Shown here: one piece after another, positions 19,373 through 29,600 of the stretch
Position numbering within the stretch: position 1 is the first letter of the stretch
Layout of the letters: each line of letters starts with the position of its first letter
Source of the DNA: Thermodesulfobacteriota bacterium
Lineage (GTDB): Bacteria > Desulfobacterota > Desulfomonilia > UBA1062
Direction: 5' to 3'
Length of the DNA stretch: 64,000 bases
Assembly: GCA_034716155.1 (NCBI GenBank)
Contig: JAYEFR010000079.1
Location: 1,444-65,443, forward strand
Translations under genes and position numbers: made by a program
Notes under the pieces: model-generated
What the model was told of the DNA's origin: nothing
Database searches by the model: none
Seen by the model: the letters and a program-made list of their open reading frames with translations, nothing else

Positions 19373-21019
19373 ATGAAAAATAGAGGCAATGCAGGCATTA
19401 CAGTCCTCTTTGTAATACTAATAGGCATAATATTTTTTCTGAGTGTCCCTATAGGCGGCCCAATAGGTCTTCTAAGGGAGGCCACTGTTTCCTTCATATT
19501 TAGAAAGCCACCAAGATTTATCTCTATTGAAATCACTATAGATGAGCACCCAAAGATATTTAAGGCAGGAGAGAGTATAAAGATAAAAGGGGATGAAACC
19601 ATAGTAATCACAAAGGTGAACGCAAATACCTTCTTTGATTCGTATATGAGTGCAGACGTAGAGGGGTTTGGCAAGCCCAATGACGTAGGTGAACTTTTGG
19701 ATGTATCAGAAATAAGGAAACAACTTATAAATGTAGGCGTGAAATCCATCCCTGTAAATATATACTACATCGACCATAAGATAGCAAAGGTACCTCTGGA
19801 GTTTGAGATAACAGAAAAAGATTTTGTTCGTAGGATAGCAAAGGCTAAGGATATAGATGAGAAGATAGCAATTGTAAGAAATGCCCACACAAATTTTCCT
19901 GAAAACACCTATTTTTTAGATGAACTTGATAAGCTTTTATCAAAAAAAGGCGATTTTGTATCCCTTGTGGGCATTTATAAAAAAGTTGTCGAATCAAACC
20001 CTGATGATGTCTCCTCACTTGCAAGGTTATCCAGATATTATATAAAGCTTGGCCTGCTTGAAGAGGCGCTTGCCGCATGCCAGGAGATAGTAGAAAAGAA
20101 AAGGGAAACTGCAAATACATATAAACGCATGGCCTATATCGCAGGCAGGCTTTCTGACATGCAAGGTCGTATAGGGTATTTGGAAAAGGCATTAACCCTT
20201 GCAAAAGGTAATGAGTCTATTATCTTAGATCTGGGCAGGACATATGAAGATACCGGGCAAAAGGCCAAGGCCTTGCGCCTCTACAGATCGATAGCCGGCA
20301 CAACCAAAAAAAAGGAAATCCTCATCACGGTTATTGAGGATGAATTAAAAAATCGTCATTACAAAAAAGCATCTGCCATCTTAAAGCATTATGTAAATCT
20401 GTTCCCACACGATAAAAATGCCTTTGCACAGCTAGGGATGTGCATGGGCAGATTAGGGGATACCAAATCACAGATACTATACTACAAAAAGGCGGTTTTG
20501 CTGGCCCCTAACGATCCTGTTCTTTTATATAATCTGGCATCATCTTATGATAAGGCCGGCAGGAAAAAAGACGCCTTAAACACATATATTAAGGTGCTGA
20601 AGGTAAAACCAAAGGATAAGGATGCGCTAGGTAGGGCAGCGTCCTTATCTCTTAAGCTAAAGCGCTACAAAGAAGCCTACAGGTTTTACAAATCACTTGT
20701 AGGTATCTCAGGTAAGCTCAGTGATATGAAAGGTCTTGTCGCCTCTGCTGCAGGCATGCGCAGTCCGGATAAGACAATCGATGCCTGTAAAAAATATCTT
20801 GGGAAGAAGAAAGACTATGACGTGGCACTTAGTATGGCGTATGCCTATGAAACAAGGGCATCCCATAAAGGTAAGAGTAAAGAGGCAAGGATTGATGACC
20901 TGAATGCTTCATTAAAGGCATATAGGCTTGCTTTGGAGCTAAACTCCAAATCAAAAGAAGCACAATTAAAGATTCCGGAATTAAAGATAGAACTACTTAA
21001 GGCAAAAAAAGGGCTGTGA
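19373..21019 (+). CDS. Membrane-anchored TPR-repeat protein
   Basis: N-terminal TM helix, then about 10 TPR-like repeats. Confidence 0.7.
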   Translation: MKNRGNAGITVLFVILIGIIFFLSVPIGGPIGLLREATVSFIFRKPPRFISIEITIDEHPKIFKAGESIKIKGDETIVITKVNANTFFDSYMSADVEGFGKPNDVGELLDVSEIRKQLINVGVKSIPVNIYYIDHKIAKVPLEFEITEKDFVRRIAKAKDIDEKIAIVRNAHTNFPENTYFLDELDKLLSKKGDFVSLVGIYKKVVESNPDDVSSLARLSRYYIKLGLLEEALAACQEIVEKKRETANTYKRMAYIAGRLSDMQGRIGYLEKALTLAKGNESIILDLGRTYEDTGQKAKALRLYRSIAGTTKKKEILITVIEDELKNRHYKKASAILKHYVNLFPHDKNAFAQLGMCMGRLGDTKSQILYYKKAVLLAPNDPVLLYNLASSYDKAGRKKDALNTYIKVLKVKPKDKDALGRAASLSLKLKRYKEAYRFYKSLVGISGKLSDMKGLVASAAGMRSPDKTIDACKKYLGKKKDYDVALSMAYAYETRASHKGKSKEARIDDLNASLKAYRLALELNSKSKEAQLKIPELKIELLKAKKGL

Positions 21020-21025
21020 GTCGGC

Positions 21026-21664
21026 ATGCGAAGATTTGCCATTGGCGATATACATGGATGCCTAGATAAACTCGAGGACCTTCTGACTAAGATTAACGCC
21101 ACTTCCGATGATATCCTTATATTTTTGGGCGATTATATTGACCGGGGAAATAAATCCAAAGAGGTTATAGATCTGCTGATAGAAGTTGCATCAGAAACAA
21201 GATGTGTGTTTTTAAGGGGTAACCATGAAGACATGCTCCTGGAGTTTATTGAGTACGGTACAAACAGTCCCATGTATCTCTCCAATGGGGGGGATATGAC
21301 TATAGAATCGTATACAAAGGGGAGGCCTGATCAGAATATTGCTGATGCCCTGCCCGAGGCACATAAAAAATTCTTTGCTGACCTTAAGTGGTCATATGAA
21401 GATGATGACTATATATATGTGCATGCAGGTATAAAACCCGGTGTCCCTCTAAACTTACAGGAACATAGTGATCTTATATGGATAAGGGATGAGTTTGTAT
21501 CTTCTCCTACAGGTTTGAATAAAAAGGTGATATTCGGGCATAGCCCATTTACTATGCCACTTGTAAAAACAGATAAGATAGGTATTGACACAGGGGCCGG
21601 ATACGGGAGGGCGCTTACAGCAGTGAAGCTGCCTGAAATTGAGTTTCTCCAGTCTTTTGTATGA
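21026..21664 (+). CDS. Metallophosphoesterase (PPP-family Ser/Thr phosphatase-like)
   Basis: GDIHGC, GDYIDRG, GNHE motifs. 6-nt gap after the TPR gene. Confidence 0.8.
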   Translation: MRRFAIGDIHGCLDKLEDLLTKINATSDDILIFLGDYIDRGNKSKEVIDLLIEVASETRCVFLRGNHEDMLLEFIEYGTNSPMYLSNGGDMTIESYTKGRPDQNIADALPEAHKKFFADLKWSYEDDDYIYVHAGIKPGVPLNLQEHSDLIWIRDEFVSSPTGLNKKVIFGHSPFTMPLVKTDKIGIDTGAGYGRALTAVKLPEIEFLQSFV

Positions 21665-21930
21665 AAATAGGGATCAGTGAATAGTAAAAGAAGTTTTGGG
21701 TTTTGAGTGTTGAGTTTTGGGTGATTAAGAATAGTCGAGAGTCAAACTTCAGTGAATAGTACCAGAAAAAAAGGCGACCATCCTATCTGTAGGTATTACA
21801 ACGGACGACAGACAACGAACTACTGACAAGTATATGTACAGAACTAAAAAATCATTTATGGCTAAACATGTTTTCACCCCTGGTTGTGTCCGCTAGGCCA
21901 TGATGGTTTTATATAAATGGGGTTAAGTGT
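21661..21930 (+). repeat. Intergenic repeat family, copy A (module 1 + truncated module 2 + module 3)
   Basis: Starts at the stop codon with TGTATGAAAATAG. Module 1 (AGTGAATAGT...GTTTTGGGTTTTGAG...GTGATTAAGAATAGTCGAGAGTCAAACTTCAGTGAATAGTA) is about 95% identical to the reverse complement of 27790-27888. Confidence 0.7.
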
Positions 21931-21949
21931 CTTGTCAGGCGATTAGCTT

Positions 21950-22633
21950 TTGGTCTATATATCTTTCATGGAAATCCAAAAGGACTATTATAGTATATTA
22001 AATGTCTCAAGAGAGGCCACTTCGGAAGAAATTAAAAGGGCGTATAGAAGACTTGCCTTGAAATTTCACCCGGACAGAAACACAGAAGACCCGGATGCAG
22101 AAGGGCACTTCAAAGAGATCACAGAAGCATACGGGGTCCTTATTGATCCTGCTAAGAGGCGCATCTATAATTTTGATAATGTCTCTAAATTTGATCAAAA
22201 AAGTGTATTCAATGACATATTCTCCAATTCCAACTATAGGGATGTATTTAGCGACCTGCCCATAAAAAGTGAATGGATCGAGAAGTTTTTTAACATAGGG
22301 AAGGTCATTATATATGAAGCTATGGTTTATGGTGGAAGACCCAGAGATATATTACGGCGTAGTATACTAAGGATGGCCATCCACGGGGCAAGTAAGATCT
22401 TTCATAATGTTATGGATATCCATCACGATATAACAATCACACCAAATATTGCTTTAAGGGGCGGAAACATTACAGTAGAATACAAACCAGGCTTTTCTCT
22501 CAAAAGGATAACGGTAGGTATCCCTCCTCACATTAAAAATGGTACGATTTTGCGGCTGTCAAACATGGGCAGAAAGAATCCTGCGGGTAGGACCGGAGAT
22601 CTTTATCTTCATGTTGAAATCATCTCGTCATAG
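21950..22633 (+). CDS. J-domain (DnaJ-like) protein
   Basis: YYSILNV...[16 protein letters not shown] with the HPD tripeptide. C-terminal half unrecognised. Confidence 0.75.
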   Translation: MVYISFMEIQKDYYSILNVSREATSEEIKRAYRRLALKFHPDRNTEDPDAEGHFKEITEAYGVLIDPAKRRIYNFDNVSKFDQKSVFNDIFSNSNYRDVFSDLPIKSEWIEKFFNIGKVIIYEAMVYGGRPRDILRRSILRMAIHGASKIFHNVMDIHHDITITPNIALRGGNITVEYKPGFSLKRITVGIPPHIKNGTILRLSNMGRKNPAGRTGDLYLHVEIISS

Positions 22634-23523
22634 ACTACAATCTGATTCTTCCCATGCGTTTTACCCCAATACATGGCTTTATCAGACAGTGCTATTAACT
22701 CCTTGTAATCTGTAGTATCTTTGGGAAGGCTTGTAAGGCCAATAGTAACGCTGACGCCAAGAGAAACCTTTACTGCCTCAAGTATCCTTTTTGTAACCAC
22801 TTCAGCCTCTTCAAGTGAGGTTTCAGGGAATATTATTACAAATTCTTCCCCACCATACCTCACTAGCACATCACAATTCCTTGTATTATGACGGAAGATA
22901 TGTGCGATGCGAACAAGTAATTCATTTCCTTTTTCATGTCCTCTTGAGTCATTGTACCCCTTGAAATCATCTATATCAACCATGGCAATAGTCAGTGGGT
23001 GAGAATATCTTAAGTGTCTTTCTACCTCCTTCTTTAAAGAAGCGGTGAGATGACGAAAATTATACAGTCCGGTAAGTCCATCCAAATGGGACAACTGCTT
23101 ATAGTAGGATGCAAGTTCCGCCTCTTCCCTCAATCTTGCATCTTCAATGATCCTGTTTATGGTCATATGAAGATGATCTAACATAATAGGTTTTGTAATA
23201 AAATCTGCAGCCCCTAACTTTATGCATTCTACAGCATCTTTTATAGTCCCAAAACCTGTGATCATTAGAATCTCTGTGTCGGGTTTTATTTGCTTGATTT
23301 CTTTGAGTAACTCAGTACCGCTCATATCCGGCATATACAGGTCTATAATTACTATATTATATATGTCCTTTTTAAAGAGCTCTAATGCGATTTCCCCTCT
23401 TATCGCAGTAGACACATTAAAACCTTTTTGGCTTAAGTAATCATATATAAGGCTTGTTATATTTTTATCATCATCAACAACAAGTACCTTTATGTTTGCG
23501 GGTATTATAGTATTAGCTGCCAT
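22609..23523 (-). CDS. Response regulator receiver - GGDEF diguanylate cyclase (PleD/WspR-like)
   Basis: REC domain with a conserved Asp. GGEEF active site, with an RxxD I-site (RNCD) just upstream. Confidence 0.85.
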   Translation of the reverse strand: MAANTIIPANIKVLVVDDDKNITSLIYDYLSQKGFNVSTAIRGEIALELFKKDIYNIVIIDLYMPDMSGTELLKEIKQIKPDTEILMITGFGTIKDAVECIKLGAADFITKPIMLDHLHMTINRIIEDARLREEAELASYYKQLSHLDGLTGLYNFRHLTASLKKEVERHLRYSHPLTIAMVDIDDFKGYNDSRGHEKGNELLVRIAHIFRHNTRNCDVLVRYGGEEFVIIFPETSLEEAEVVTKRILEAVKVSLGVSVTIGLTSLPKDTTDYKELIALSDKAMYWGKTHGKNQIVVYDEMIST

Positions 23524-23890
23524 AAGGTAATATATCCCCTCTATATGACTTTATTCGCCTCATACTTTTCGTTCTGTCTCCTAAAGATTTGCAATCATTC
23601 ACTGCGTTCATATATCACTATTAACGGTAAGAGAGAAGATTTACATAAGAATAAAAATATTTAGATATGCTACCAAGCCCCTTTACATGAAAACAGGGGT
23701 CGGGGATCAGGGGTTAGTTTTCAGGAAAGGCTATTTTCTCGGCCCGGGCATATTTTCATTCTTCGTGCCCAAAAGGCCTTGATGGTTTGTAATATTCAAA
23801 TTTAGAGAAGAATAGGCCGGAATTTTCAAAGGTTGTCTTCCATAATGAAACTCTTGATTCTTTAAGATACTTTCTGGTATTGCATTAGAT

Positions 23891-25342
23891 GTGTCCTGCT
23901 TAACAGTAAGTCGGCTGAATGAGATTGCTAAAAATGCCCTTACATTGGCGTTTGACAAAGAGATCTCGGTAGTGGGAGAGATCCATGGGCTAAAGATTCA
24001 CGCAAAATCTTCCCATACATACTTTGATTTAATAGAAAAGGCGCCTGATAGCAGGGATCAATACATCGCAAAGGTAAGCTGTGCATTTTTTAAGGGGGCA
24101 TATAATAAGTGGGAAAACTCACTTAGACGCCAGGGTATAACTGCATTTGCCCTCACTGATGGCTTGCAGGTAAAGGTAAGGGCCCGGATTGATCTGTACA
24201 CAAAGGAAGGCAGATTCCAGATCATAATACATGGGATAGACCCCGGTTATACACTGGGATACATTGCAAAAAAGAGGATTCAGACCATAGAGATATTGAA
24301 ATCCTCTGGCATTATGGATATGAACAAAGGGCTTATTCTCCCTTTTCCTGCCTTAAATATCGGCCTTATCACATCCAAGGGCTCTGCAGCATATAATGAT
24401 TTTGTGAGTATATTAAGAAAAAGCAACTACACATTCAATGTTGCATTGTTTAATGCCAATATGCAGGGAGAAAATACTGTAAATGAAGTAGTAAAGGGCA
24501 TAGAAGTCCTGGAAAATACACCCTTTATGGATGCAATTGTAATAACCCGTGGCGGAGGCGCCAAAGCAGAGCTTTTTTATTTCGATGATATAGATATATG
24601 TAAGGCAATAGCGAGGTGCAAGCTGCCTGTAATTACGGGCATAGGCCATGAGATAGACCTGAGCGTGGCTGATATGACATCATATAACTACTTTGTCACG
24701 CCTACAGATGTAGCAAAATTTCTGGTAAGTAGAGCAGATGAATTCTGGAATAAGATTGAACAGGTTGAAGGGGAGCTTATCCTGGCCTCCGACACTATCA
24801 TTAAAGATTCGAAGGCTGACTTAAGCGAGCTTGCCTCAATGCTTGCCATCACGGCTCAGAAATATACCTCACAGGCAATAAATAACCTTAAATCCCTTGC
24901 CTCTACACTGGGTTCAAACACAATAAATATGCTCTCAACTAAGCGGCAACACATAGCCCGTCTCCAAGAGGCAACTATTATTTCTTCCAGATACGTTCTT
25001 CAGACTCAAGACCGAGTGATCACCGAACTTTATCTCTATATAAAACAGGGGATATCTTCCATATTCAGTAGGGCACTGTCTTCTGTAAGCACTTCCATTC
25101 TGGACTTAAGTCGCGCAAACCTCTTTACCATCACCCAGGCCAAAACTACCTTGGAAAGGTTACATACTATGTTCAATGCTATGGATCCAAGGGCAGTCCT
25201 CGGTAGGGGCTATAGCATCACCTTGGATCTTGATGGAAGGGCATTAAAGGAGACACACGGGGTATCAAGAGGAGATCGGCTAACCACAATATTATATAAA
25301 GGTAAGATCATTTCTTTGGTCGAAGACAAGGAGCCTATATGA
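23891..25342 (+). CDS. xseA: Exodeoxyribonuclease VII large subunit
   Basis: GTG start. N-terminal OB-fold region LTVSRLNEIAKNAL. ITRGGGA motif. Confidence 0.85.
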   Translation: MSCLTVSRLNEIAKNALTLAFDKEISVVGEIHGLKIHAKSSHTYFDLIEKAPDSRDQYIAKVSCAFFKGAYNKWENSLRRQGITAFALTDGLQVKVRARIDLYTKEGRFQIIIHGIDPGYTLGYIAKKRIQTIEILKSSGIMDMNKGLILPFPALNIGLITSKGSAAYNDFVSILRKSNYTFNVALFNANMQGENTVNEVVKGIEVLENTPFMDAIVITRGGGAKAELFYFDDIDICKAIARCKLPVITGIGHEIDLSVADMTSYNYFVTPTDVAKFLVSRADEFWNKIEQVEGELILASDTIIKDSKADLSELASMLAITAQKYTSQAINNLKSLASTLGSNTINMLSTKRQHIARLQEATIISSRYVLQTQDRVITELYLYIKQGISSIFSRALSSVSTSILDLSRANLFTITQAKTTLERLHTMFNAMDPRAVLGRGYSITLDLDGRALKETHGVSRGDRLTTILYKGKIISLVEDKEPI

Positions 25343-25581
25343 AAAAAAATCAAAGCTATTCCAGCGTATTCAAACAGCTAGAGACAATTGCAGAAAAGAT
25401 GAATAAGGGAGATATCCCCATTGATGAGCTTGGGGATAAAGTAAAGAAGGCTTCCCACATGATAAAGTTTCTAAGACAGCGTCTAAAATCTGTTGAGATG
25501 GAAATAACAGATATCCTTAAGGATCTGGAGAGTGATCAAGCATCCCAAACCAGGGAAGAAGAAAGAGATGACAAAATATAG
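25339..25581 (+). CDS. xseB: Exodeoxyribonuclease VII small subunit
   Basis: 80 aa. Overlaps the xseA stop. Helical XseB-like sequence. Confidence 0.8.
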   Translation: MKKNQSYSSVFKQLETIAEKMNKGDIPIDELGDKVKKASHMIKFLRQRLKSVEMEITDILKDLESDQASQTREEERDDKI

Positions 25582-25587
25582 AAGCTG

Positions 25588-26736
25588 ATGCCTATGAATA
25601 TATCTAAAAGTGCCAAAAACATAAGACCCTTTTTGGTGATGGACATACTAGAGGCTGCAAATAAAATGGCGTCTTCCGGTTCAGATGTGATCCATTTGGA
25701 GGTGGGGGAGCCGGATTTCGATACACCTGAGTGTATTATAGACGCAGCACTTAAGGCCACCAGGGAGGGTAAGACCCATTATACCCATTCATTGGGTATA
25801 CCTGAATTGAGGGTTGCCATATCTGAACACTATAAATCTACATACAACGTAGATACAGACCCTGATCAGGTCTTGGTCACAGCCGGGTCGTCGGCCGCAC
25901 TGATGGTTGCATTTGCCATCCTTCTCGATAAAGATAGCGAGGTAATCATGTCAGATCCCCACTATGCGTGCTACCCAAACTTTGCAGAGATATTCTCTGC
26001 AAAGGTGGTGCGTATCACAACCCTAAGCGATGACCTGTTTCAATTAAACCCTGTTAAGGTAAAGAATGCCATAACCCCAAAGACAAAGGCTATATTGATA
26101 AATTCTCCAGCAAACCCCACAGGGGCTGTGTTAGATGATCCCCACATAAAGGACATCTCATCTTGTGGCCCTATAGTGATCTCGGATGAGATATACCATG
26201 GTCTTGTATATAAAGGTATCCCACATACCATACTCGAGTATACGGATAACGCTATAGTAATAAACGGCTTCTCCAAGGCGTATGCCATGACAGGGTGGCG
26301 TCTGGGTTGGGCAGTGCTGCCTAAGGAGCTTATAAGAACTGCACAAAAAATCCATCAGAACCTGATGATCTGTGCACCCTCTATCTCGCAATGGGCCGGG
26401 ATTGCTGCATTAAGGGAGGCATCTTTGGATGTTAAAGAGATGCGTAAGGTATTTGCCAGGCGAAGAAAAATTATGCTAGGGGAGATGGCAAGACAGGGAT
26501 TCAACGTTGAGGTAGAGCCTACAGGGGCTTTTTATGTATTGGTAAATATGAAACATATATCACATAATTCACATAAACTTGCCTTTGATATCTTGAAAAA
26601 TACCGGGGTTGGCGTAACCCCCGGAATAGACTTTGGCCCAAGTGCCGAGGGATACATCAGGTTCTCATATGCGAATTCCAAGGAAAAAATACTATCCGGG
26701 ATAGATAGGGTTGGCAAATATCTTAAGAGTCTATGA
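25588..26736 (+). CDS. Class I/II PLP-dependent aminotransferase (aspartate aminotransferase family)
   Basis: SKAYAMTGWRLGW PLP-lysine context. Confidence 0.85.
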   Translation: MPMNISKSAKNIRPFLVMDILEAANKMASSGSDVIHLEVGEPDFDTPECIIDAALKATREGKTHYTHSLGIPELRVAISEHYKSTYNVDTDPDQVLVTAGSSAALMVAFAILLDKDSEVIMSDPHYACYPNFAEIFSAKVVRITTLSDDLFQLNPVKVKNAITPKTKAILINSPANPTGAVLDDPHIKDISSCGPIVISDEIYHGLVYKGIPHTILEYTDNAIVINGFSKAYAMTGWRLGWAVLPKELIRTAQKIHQNLMICAPSISQWAGIAALREASLDVKEMRKVFARRRKIMLGEMARQGFNVEVEPTGAFYVLVNMKHISHNSHKLAFDILKNTGVGVTPGIDFGPSAEGYIRFSYANSKEKILSGIDRVGKYLKSL

Positions 26737-27311
26737 ATATAAAAATAAAAGATGCCAGGTATGTGGGGACTATCTATGATAACCTGAAGCCCATACCGGA
26801 AATTGCATTTATAGGCAGGTCTAATGTAGGGAAGTCCTCGCTGATAAATGCCTTGCTTCATAGAAAGTCTCTGGTAAAGACCAGTAAATCTCCGGGCAAG
26901 ACAAGAAATGTAAATTTTTTTCAGGTGGATTTCATAGGGCTGCCATCTGTCTATGTAGTGGATCTCCCGGGGTACGGCTATGCAAAGGTATCTAAGGCCA
27001 TGAAAAAAGATTGGCAATATATCGTGCAAAGGTATTTCACTACATTAAGAGACTTGAGGTTGGTAATTATACTCGTAGATATAAGAAGAGGCATAGAGAA
27101 AGAGGAGCTTTCTATCCTTAAAATGCTTGCGGATTCGCATATAAGATGTGTTGTCGCAGCAACAAAAATTGACAAAGTAGGTATATCCCAAAGACAAAAA
27201 AAGGCATTGGAAATCCAAAATGCCTTAGGCGAATTACCTGCACTGTGTTCTGCTGCATCAGGAGTCGGCATCCCCGATCTCTGGAAGGAGATAAAAACCG
27301 CCTTGTTATAA
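26733..27311 (+). CDS. engB: Ribosome biogenesis GTP-binding protein YihA/EngB
   Basis: GRSNVGKSSLINAL G1 motif. DLPGYG. Confidence 0.85.
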   Translation: MNIKIKDARYVGTIYDNLKPIPEIAFIGRSNVGKSSLINALLHRKSLVKTSKSPGKTRNVNFFQVDFIGLPSVYVVDLPGYGYAKVSKAMKKDWQYIVQRYFTTLRDLRLVIILVDIRRGIEKEELSILKMLADSHIRCVVAATKIDKVGISQRQKKALEIQNALGELPALCSAASGVGIPDLWKEIKTALL

Positions 27312-27888
27312 ACTGCCATGGCCTTTTCGGCCACAACGAAGGATGAAAATATATTTAGCCCTGAGCAGTCTTTTTGTTCTGTACTTATACCTGTCAGTAG
27401 TTTTTTTGCTCGTTGTCCGTTGTAAAACCTCCGGATAGGATAATCACCTTCCAATATACCACTGACAACTAACCACGGACAACGGACAAGTATTCTCATA
27501 TAAAGTGTATCCAGATTCCCCCTTTGAAGGGGGCCGGGGGGATGTCATTGCGAGGAGGTTTTTAGGCCGCCGTGGCAATCCCATTGGTTGCAGACACTTT
27601 GAGATTCTTCGCTTCGTGTGGATCCCCGGTTTGTCTTCGCTAAAGCTCGCAATGACAATATGGGTATTATGCAAAGGCCGATGAGGGCAAAAGGTCCCTA
27701 CATTTCCCATAAAACCATTTTTCTTCTATCTTTCGTCTTTAATCTATTGTTTTCTCGACTCTCTTTATCGTCTTGCTCTCTGTTACTATTCACTATTCAA
27801 TATTTTACTATTCACTGAAGTTTGACTCTCGACTATTCTTAATCACCCAAAACCCAAAACTCAAAACCCAAAACTTTTTTACTATTCA
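27302..27888 (-). repeat. Composite intergenic repeat array, copy B (modules 3, 2, internal hairpin element, AGTGAATAGT cluster, module 1), filling the convergent engB/oxidoreductase gap
   Basis: The reverse complement aligns module-by-module with copy A (21661-21930) and copy C (45461-45672). Both flanking stop codons lie inside repeat sequence. Confidence 0.7.
27341..27500 (-). mobile_element. MITE-like module 2 (about 160 nt) with terminal inverted repeats ATGA(A/G)AATA and internal 13-nt inverted repeat CGTTGTCCGTTGT/ACAACGGACAACG
   Basis: About 85-90% identical to 45464-45622 in reverse orientation. The termini are reverse complements of each other. Confidence 0.65.
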
Positions 27889-29184
27889 CTCTTCACTGTT
27901 TACTGTTATATGATCCGCCACCTTCATTGCAGATGAAAAGCTTATATCCCCTGAACAACCATCCCCTCTCACCGTATCACCCACAAAATAAAGCCCCTTA
28001 ATCTCTTTGCATACCACATCAGGCCTATTGGGTTTTGACTGCCTGGGTGTTAGCACGGTTCCGTTCATTATATGTGCCACCAGTTTCCTTTCCTTTTTCA
28101 GCTTAGGTAAAAATTCAGGAAACAGATTCGATATGGTAGCCTTCAGCCTTTGTTCAGCCTTGTCTGCCTCTTCAGGGTCCCCATCAAAGCCCCACGGCAA
28201 CATTATTCCCCAGGTGGATAAGTGCTTCCCGGGAGGTGTAAGGGTTGGATCGCTATTTGACTGGAACTTTGCCCATATAGGGATATCCACCCCTAATATC
28301 CCCGCCTTGATTTGAGAACCCGGAGCATCTGTTATAAAATCTATGGACAGCCCTGAGCTATGTTCTATCCCCTTACAATAAGTCACAAATGCCTTGTCAA
28401 AGACATCCTCTTTTATGACATCGAACAGCAAAGGCAGTCTTGCAGCGAAGATCACTTTATCAGATTCATATTTTTCTTTGTCTGTAACAACCCCCTTGAC
28501 TATAGAATTTTCTATTATAATATCTGTCACCTTTTCGCCTAAGTGTATCTCTCCGTTCTTTTCTATACGGGATCTCAATTTTGAAAATATCCGCCCGGAC
28601 CCGCCAACAGGCTCACCAACACCAACACCTGCAGCTAAAACCCTTTGAAGAAATTCAATCACCTCTCCTGCGCTTACCTTAGAAGGGTCAGAACACATAA
28701 CAGTCATACCCAAAAACGGCAAAAAAGCCTCTACTTCTTTATTATGAAACCACGAGTGGTAAAACTCCAAAAGGCTCTTATCATACCAATCGTAAGGATT
28801 TGCGCCCTTTATCTTTACCAACAATCTCAAGAGTGTGATCCTGCCGGAAAAACCAAGTATCTTCGTGGTGAGAAAGCCCAGGGGGCCCTCTGGCCTATTC
28901 CATAGGCTAGACTTAAAAATCAGCTTTGCACCCTTTGCTTCAGGTGTAAATTCTATCTCATCACCAAGCCTACGCATTACCTGATTGGCAATGCCCTTGT
29001 CGGCAAGTCTATGAGAGTGAGCCCCATATTCCCATGTATAGCCACCTTCATCCGTGAATGTACTCGCCCTGCCTCCTATAAGTGTAGATGCCTCGATTAC
29101 GAGCACACGTTTCTTAGAGTGTGCCAAAAGTGCTGCTACACTCATCCCCCCATAACCTGCTCCGACAACTATAGCATCAATCAT
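27886..29184 (-). CDS. NAD(P)/FAD-dependent oxidoreductase (phytoene desaturase / amine oxidase family)
   Basis: Start moved to MIDAIVVGAGYGG, which is preceded by AGGGAGG; the track start lies 22 codons upstream. GxGxxG FAD motif. Confidence 0.75.
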   Translation of the reverse strand: MIDAIVVGAGYGGMSVAALLAHSKKRVLVIEASTLIGGRASTFTDEGGYTWEYGAHSHRLADKGIANQVMRRLGDEIEFTPEAKGAKLIFKSSLWNRPEGPLGFLTTKILGFSGRITLLRLLVKIKGANPYDWYDKSLLEFYHSWFHNKEVEAFLPFLGMTVMCSDPSKVSAGEVIEFLQRVLAAGVGVGEPVGGSGRIFSKLRSRIEKNGEIHLGEKVTDIIIENSIVKGVVTDKEKYESDKVIFAARLPLLFDVIKEDVFDKAFVTYCKGIEHSSGLSIDFITDAPGSQIKAGILGVDIPIWAKFQSNSDPTLTPPGKHLSTWGIMLPWGFDGDPEEADKAEQRLKATISNLFPEFLPKLKKERKLVAHIMNGTVLTPRQSKPNRPDVVCKEIKGLYFVGDTVRGDGCSGDISFSSAMKVADHITVNSEE

Positions 29185-29600
29185 TATATCCTCCCTTTGA
29201 ATTATCCATAATAGACATACGTTTTGGCTATATAATTTCTTGTACATCAAGACTGACTTTTTGTCTATCTTATGATTTTGGAAGATTCATGCCTTAAAGA
29301 ATTTCTCTTGGGTTATGGAATCATATTGGACGGTGGTATTATTGATAAGATTAGCAGGATTCTTGGCGGAAATTATATGGTCCCAGTGACAAGTACATAC
29401 AAAAACATAAAAGGGCTGAAAGTCCTTGGATTATAGATTCCCTATTTACAACATTAAACGGCATAGGGTATGAAGGAAAAGACTTAAAACTTCCAGGTAA
29501 CATCCGGCAGGAAATTTTAAGTTATATGACAAAGAAGGTAGTACATTTATAGACATGAAGTTTTATCTATCTTAAATAAATCAAAGGAAACATCGAACTA

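Noticed and set aside
27444-27710. 88-aa ORF inside the copy-B repeat array.
   Set aside because: It falls entirely within the hairpin-rich repeat sequence and has no homology signal or ribosome-binding site, so it is most likely non-coding.
27790-27888. Tandem ACTATTCACT / AGTGAATAGT motifs considered as a CRISPR-like array.
   Set aside because: Units are 10 nt with irregular spacing and no unique spacers. They recur as part of module 1 of the intergenic repeat family, and no cas genes are present.
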